From the NCBI RefSeq assembly GCF_963506605.1, contig NC_083281.1:71486001-71550000 (forward strand): a DNA stretch of 64,000 bases. Direction: 5' to 3'. Made by a program: the position numbers and the translations under genes. The DNA is from Zootoca vivipara (taxonomy: Eukaryota). The notes under the pieces are model-generated. The model ran no database searches, had not been told where the DNA came from, and worked only from the letters and a program-made list of their open reading frames with translations. Shown piece after piece: positions 63,101 through 64,000 of the stretch (position 1 is its first letter; every line of letters starts with the position of its first letter).

Positions 63101-63733
63101 CAGATGCTCCCGAGAAGCTCACAGGAAGGGCCCAATGGAGAAAGCCATCCTCAGCATTCCCAAGCTTCTGCTAATCAGAGGTAGGCTGCTTCTGAAGAGG
63201 ATGTGCCTTTATTGGCTGTCACTTTTGGCATTATAAAGCCTTTTTACTAGATGTTGTGGAATCGAGCAGTAGCATTACATGGCTTGTCAACTGAATTACT
63301 TCCAGGATTTTGGAAATTCATATGTAGGAATTTGTATTTAAAAATCAAATCCATTTTAACCAGTTTTTCTTTTCTTTTTTTAGCTTCTATCCATCAATAA
63401 AATGGTTTGAAAAGCAGGATGTTGTTGTTCTGAAGGTAAAATTACAAAATATTACCAGCCATGACTGCAAGTTTTTCTCCCAGAGGATTGTTTTCAGGTA
63501 GATAGGAAATATTTTACAAAAAAAGGATTAAAAAATGATTTGTTTCTGTTTTGAAACTAATATTTTAAAATACTGTCAGTGCTTCCGTAGAAGACAGATT
63601 TTATTTGGCTGATATGGAGCTGCAGAAAAATATCATCAAAGAAAAATCAGCTTGTGATCTTAAGAATGGTGAACCTGTGATTACCCTTGCAAAAGAGAAG
63701 GCTGAACCTTGGTGCAACTTGCTGAAGCACAAA
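30175..63733 (+). CDS. TDRD12: Tudor domain-containing protein 12 (Tudor, DEAD-box-like helicase, CCCH, Tudor, CS); 29 coding exons, ~1219 codons, 3'-incomplete
   Basis: Exons chained by GT-AG sites and phase into one stop-free frame; N-terminus MFEVFILK|IENPWCFW...EEGQ|VCVVYC is TDRD12-like; synteny with NUDT19. Confidence 0.95.
30240..30366 (+). mobile_element. L2 LINE 3' end with (AAT)n tail
   Basis: ggaagccgcccagagtggctggggaaacccagccagatgggcggggtat matches 54372-54420; fills much of a 232-nt intron. Confidence 0.8.
30431..30592 (+). CDS. TDRD12: TDRD12 coding exon 2
   Basis: [13 protein letters not shown]...LEEGQ; phase 0-0. Confidence 0.93.
31074..31210 (+). CDS. TDRD12: TDRD12 coding exon 3 (Tudor 1 core)
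   Basis: [17 protein letters not shown]...CFLVDYAK; phase 0-2. Confidence 0.93.
31957..32076 (+). CDS. TDRD12: TDRD12 coding exon 4
   Basis: [28 protein letters not shown]; phase 2-2. Confidence 0.93.
32394..32449 (+). CDS. TDRD12: TDRD12 coding exon 5
   Basis: [18 protein letters not shown]; phase 2-1. Confidence 0.92.
32551..32745 (+). mobile_element. Squamate SINE (Squam3-like)
   Basis: Degraded tRNA-like head (gtagctgagttgcaga) and body gaaaccctggagagcc...tataaggcagctt. Confidence 0.6.
32839..32948 (-). mobile_element. CR1 3' end
   Basis: catagaattgtagagttggaagggacc is the reverse complement of the CR1 tail. Confidence 0.75.
33509..33594 (+). CDS. TDRD12: TDRD12 coding exon 6
   Basis: [28 protein letters not shown]; phase 1-0. 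Confidence 0.93.
34204..34399 (+). CDS. TDRD12: TDRD12 coding exon 7
   Basis: [13 protein letters not shown]...[13 protein letters not shown]; phase 0-1. Confidence 0.92.
35519..35601 (+). CDS. TDRD12: TDRD12 coding exon 8 (linker)
   Basis: Strong acceptor, donor GTGAGT; open only in phase 1; ends phase 0. Confidence 0.75.
35873..35962. mobile_element. 90-bp hAT MITE
   Basis: Perfect TIR catagctgccaagtt; perfect TSD ttggtaag. Confidence 0.92.
36810..36829 (+). CDS. TDRD12: TDRD12 20-nt micro-exon (ADIQAD)
   Basis: tttccttgcag|...CAG|GTTTGT; phase 0-2, needed to join the neighbouring exons in frame. Confidence 0.65.
36952..37378. mobile_element. Tc1/mariner (Tigger-like) MITE
   Basis: TA|cagtcatacctc...gaggtaccactg|TA; three internal repeat units; opposite orientation to 24718. 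Confidence 0.9.
37618..37689 (+). CDS. TDRD12: TDRD12 coding exon 10
   Basis: [23 protein letters not shown]; donor GTAAGT; phase 2-2. Confidence 0.8.
38488..38933. mobile_element. CpG-rich hAT MITE, 446 bp, inserted in an older SINE-like repeat
   Basis: TIR catacctgccaagt / acttggcagctgtg; TSD atcagttg/accagttg; internal inverted repeats. Confidence 0.9.
39192..39246 (+). CDS. TDRD12: TDRD12 coding exon 11
   Basis: [13 protein letters not shown]; phase 2-0. Confidence 0.9.
39732..39836 (+). CDS. TDRD12: TDRD12 coding exon 12
   Basis: KLQVNTG...[17 protein letters not shown]; phase 0-0; NAGNAG acceptor. Confidence 0.9.
40971..41153 (+). CDS. TDRD12: TDRD12 coding exon 13 (Q motif and motif I region)
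   Basis: [26 protein letters not shown]...; phase 0-0. Confidence 0.93.
41893..42021. mobile_element. hAT MITE (10841 subfamily)
   Basis: caggcttcctcaaactcggccctccag...ctggagggccgagtttgaggaagcct. Confidence 0.85.
42346..42502 (+). CDS. TDRD12: TDRD12 coding exon 14
   Basis: [17 protein letters not shown]; phase 0-1. Confidence 0.93.
43005..43274. mobile_element. hAT MITE, 270 bp
   Basis: cagggatcggcaa...ttgcctaccccg; perfect TSD gtctacac. Confidence 0.88.
43595..43722 (+). CDS. TDRD12: TDRD12 coding exon 15 (motifs Ib and II)
   Basis: [14 protein letters not shown]...[11 protein letters not shown]; phase 1-0. Confidence 0.94.
44068..44259 (+). CDS. TDRD12: TDRD12 coding exon 16
   Basis: IFSILEYYK...[11 protein letters not shown]...[23 protein letters not shown]; phase 0-0. 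Confidence 0.94.
44991..45119 (+). CDS. TDRD12: TDRD12 coding exon 17
   Basis: [20 protein letters not shown]...KTLIFT; phase 0-0. Confidence 0.93.
47000..47128. mobile_element. hAT MITE, right end eroded
   Basis: Near-identical to 29167-29302. Confidence 0.85.
47292..47409 (+). CDS. TDRD12: TDRD12 coding exon 18
   Basis: [13 protein letters not shown]...[16 protein letters not shown]; phase 0-1. Confidence 0.93.
47612..48102 (+). mobile_element. CR1 3' fragments with two tandem tails
   Basis: Matches 22660-23148; tails ctatgattctatg (~47948) and ccatgattctat (~48102). Confidence 0.85.
48321..51640 (+). mobile_element. L1 LINE 5' half: 5' UTR, disrupted ORF1, first codons of ORF2
   Basis: Starts gacttccgg with a CpG-rich 5' end. 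ORF1 remnant ~50460-51456 (coiled coil, then [14 protein letters not shown] and [10 protein letters not shown]-like, then CTD) with a stop at 50785 and frameshifts. Endonuclease start TWNVNG at 51596-51613. Confidence 0.85.
49030..49361. mobile_element. hAT-type MITE nested in the L1 5' UTR
   Basis: TIR catacctgccaagt / acttggcagctatg; flanking direct repeat ggcgcttaa. Confidence 0.9.
51641..51683. mobile_element. Lone Tigger-like MITE end
   Basis: ggacctccagaacgaatta...gagataccactg|TA. Confidence 0.65.
52109..52248 (+). CDS. TDRD12: TDRD12 coding exon 19 (motif V/VI region)
   Basis: [33 protein letters not shown]; phase 1-0. Confidence 0.93.
52731..52951 (+). CDS. TDRD12: TDRD12 coding exon 20
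   Basis: [20 protein letters not shown]...[13 protein letters not shown]; phase 0-2; AAG acceptor. Confidence 0.9.
53888..54421 (+). mobile_element. L2 LINE 3' portion
   Basis: [33 protein letters not shown] is a typical L2 ORF2 C-terminus, followed by the 3' UTR. Confidence 0.9.
54622..54721 (+). CDS. TDRD12: TDRD12 coding exon 21
   Basis: [11 protein letters not shown]...TGNVT; phase 2-0; in-frame internal donor AAG|GTAACA at 54682. Confidence 0.92.
55862..56049 (+). CDS. TDRD12: TDRD12 coding exon 22 (extended Tudor 2)
   Basis: [16 protein letters not shown]...LADEMNAYY; phase 0-2. Confidence 0.93.
56275..56705 (-). mobile_element. Bov-B (RTE) LINE, 5'-truncated, with (CAA)n tail
   Basis: Uninterrupted [12 protein letters not shown]...[23 protein letters not shown]...[12 protein letters not shown], the Bov-B ORF C-terminus. 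Confidence 0.95.
57083..57293 (+). CDS. TDRD12: TDRD12 coding exon 23
   Basis: VQVLEV...IKYIDEG...[25 protein letters not shown]; phase 2-0. Confidence 0.94.
57467..57559 (+). CDS. TDRD12: TDRD12 coding exon 24
   Basis: [31 protein letters not shown]; phase 0-0. Confidence 0.93.
57638..57773. other. Assembly gap (136 N)
   Basis: Run of N. Confidence 1.
58662..58831 (+). CDS. TDRD12: TDRD12 coding exon 25
   Basis: [35 protein letters not shown]; phase 0-2. Confidence 0.93.
59881..60068 (+). CDS. TDRD12: TDRD12 coding exon 26 (linker)
   Basis: ccccttttag acceptor, CAG|GTAAGT donor; open in phase 2-1. Confidence 0.75.
60170..60290 (-). mobile_element. MIR/CORE-like SINE fragment
   Basis: tttatcctcacaacaactctgtga...gtcaccca...gattgaaccc (B-box on the minus strand); similar pieces at ~19020, 21345, 22110, 23220 and 38360. 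Confidence 0.6.
60538..60592 (+). CDS. TDRD12: TDRD12 coding exon 27
   Basis: Strong acceptor; [17 protein letters not shown]; phase 1-2 fits both neighbours. Confidence 0.75.
60929..61520. mobile_element. hAT MITE split by an L2 insertion
   Basis: TIR caggcatccccaaac; perfect TSD atctaaag. Confidence 0.92.
61017..61478 (-). mobile_element. L2 LINE 3' portion nested in the MITE
   Basis: Minus-strand [23 protein letters not shown]...; microsatellite tail 61017-61062. Confidence 0.92.
63384..63497 (+). CDS. TDRD12: TDRD12 coding exon 28 (CS/p23-like domain)
   Basis: [20 protein letters not shown]; phase 2-2. Confidence 0.92.
63580..63733 (+). CDS. TDRD12: TDRD12 coding exon 29 (CS domain)
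   Basis: [14 protein letters not shown]...[20 protein letters not shown]; donor AAA|GTAGGT; preceded by an 82-nt intron. Confidence 0.92.
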
Positions 63734-64000
63734 GTAGGTTGGACATTCAAAAGTGGGTTATGGAACTTAAAATATTGGCATGGTAGACTGAAGTATTCTG
63801 AAATGTTCCTTCCAACAGAATTCCCACGTCTCCTTTGATTTTGATTACTTGGATGATTCTGAAGAAAGAAGTCCCTTTTCTGCTGGTAAGCCACTAATTG
63901 CATTTTGTGTATACATTCCTCTTCAGTCATAGAGGTTATCCAGGAGTGGGCCATTTCAGAGGTAGGACTGCAAATTACTTCTTGCTTGGTCCCCTTCAGT

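Overview
Vertebrate genomic DNA. The repeat content (Bov-B/RTE, CR1, L2, L1, squamate-type SINEs, many hAT and Tc1/mariner MITEs) points to a squamate, probably a lizard; this is an inference. Three protein-coding genes lie on the + strand in the order known from human 19q13.11. RGS9BP is intronless (4386-5099). NUDT19 has three exons (19972-25648) and ends in a peroxisomal -SKL. TDRD12, a piRNA-pathway gene, has a CpG promoter at ~28.7 kb and 29 coding exons that I chained by hand from 30175 to 63733 (about 1219 codons); it continues past the window end. The 3.3-5.1 kb CpG island probably also drives ANKRD27 leftwards (synteny inference only). Most notable observations: (1) a near-perfect ~72-bp-arm hairpin made of two outward-facing Bov-B 3' tails inserted at a palindromic site in a CR1; (2) a possible unannotated spliced minus-strand transcript or pseudogene at 12.1-14.2 kb; (3) paired MYB sites in the TDRD12 promoter with an L1 insertion just upstream; (4) a 5'-intact, 3'-truncated L1 inside TDRD12; (5) a 20-nt TDRD12 micro-exon, a degenerate helicase and an intron-split CCCH finger; (6) nested transposons that give an insertion chronology. 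I found no clearly new biological system. All exon calls were made by eye without RNA data.
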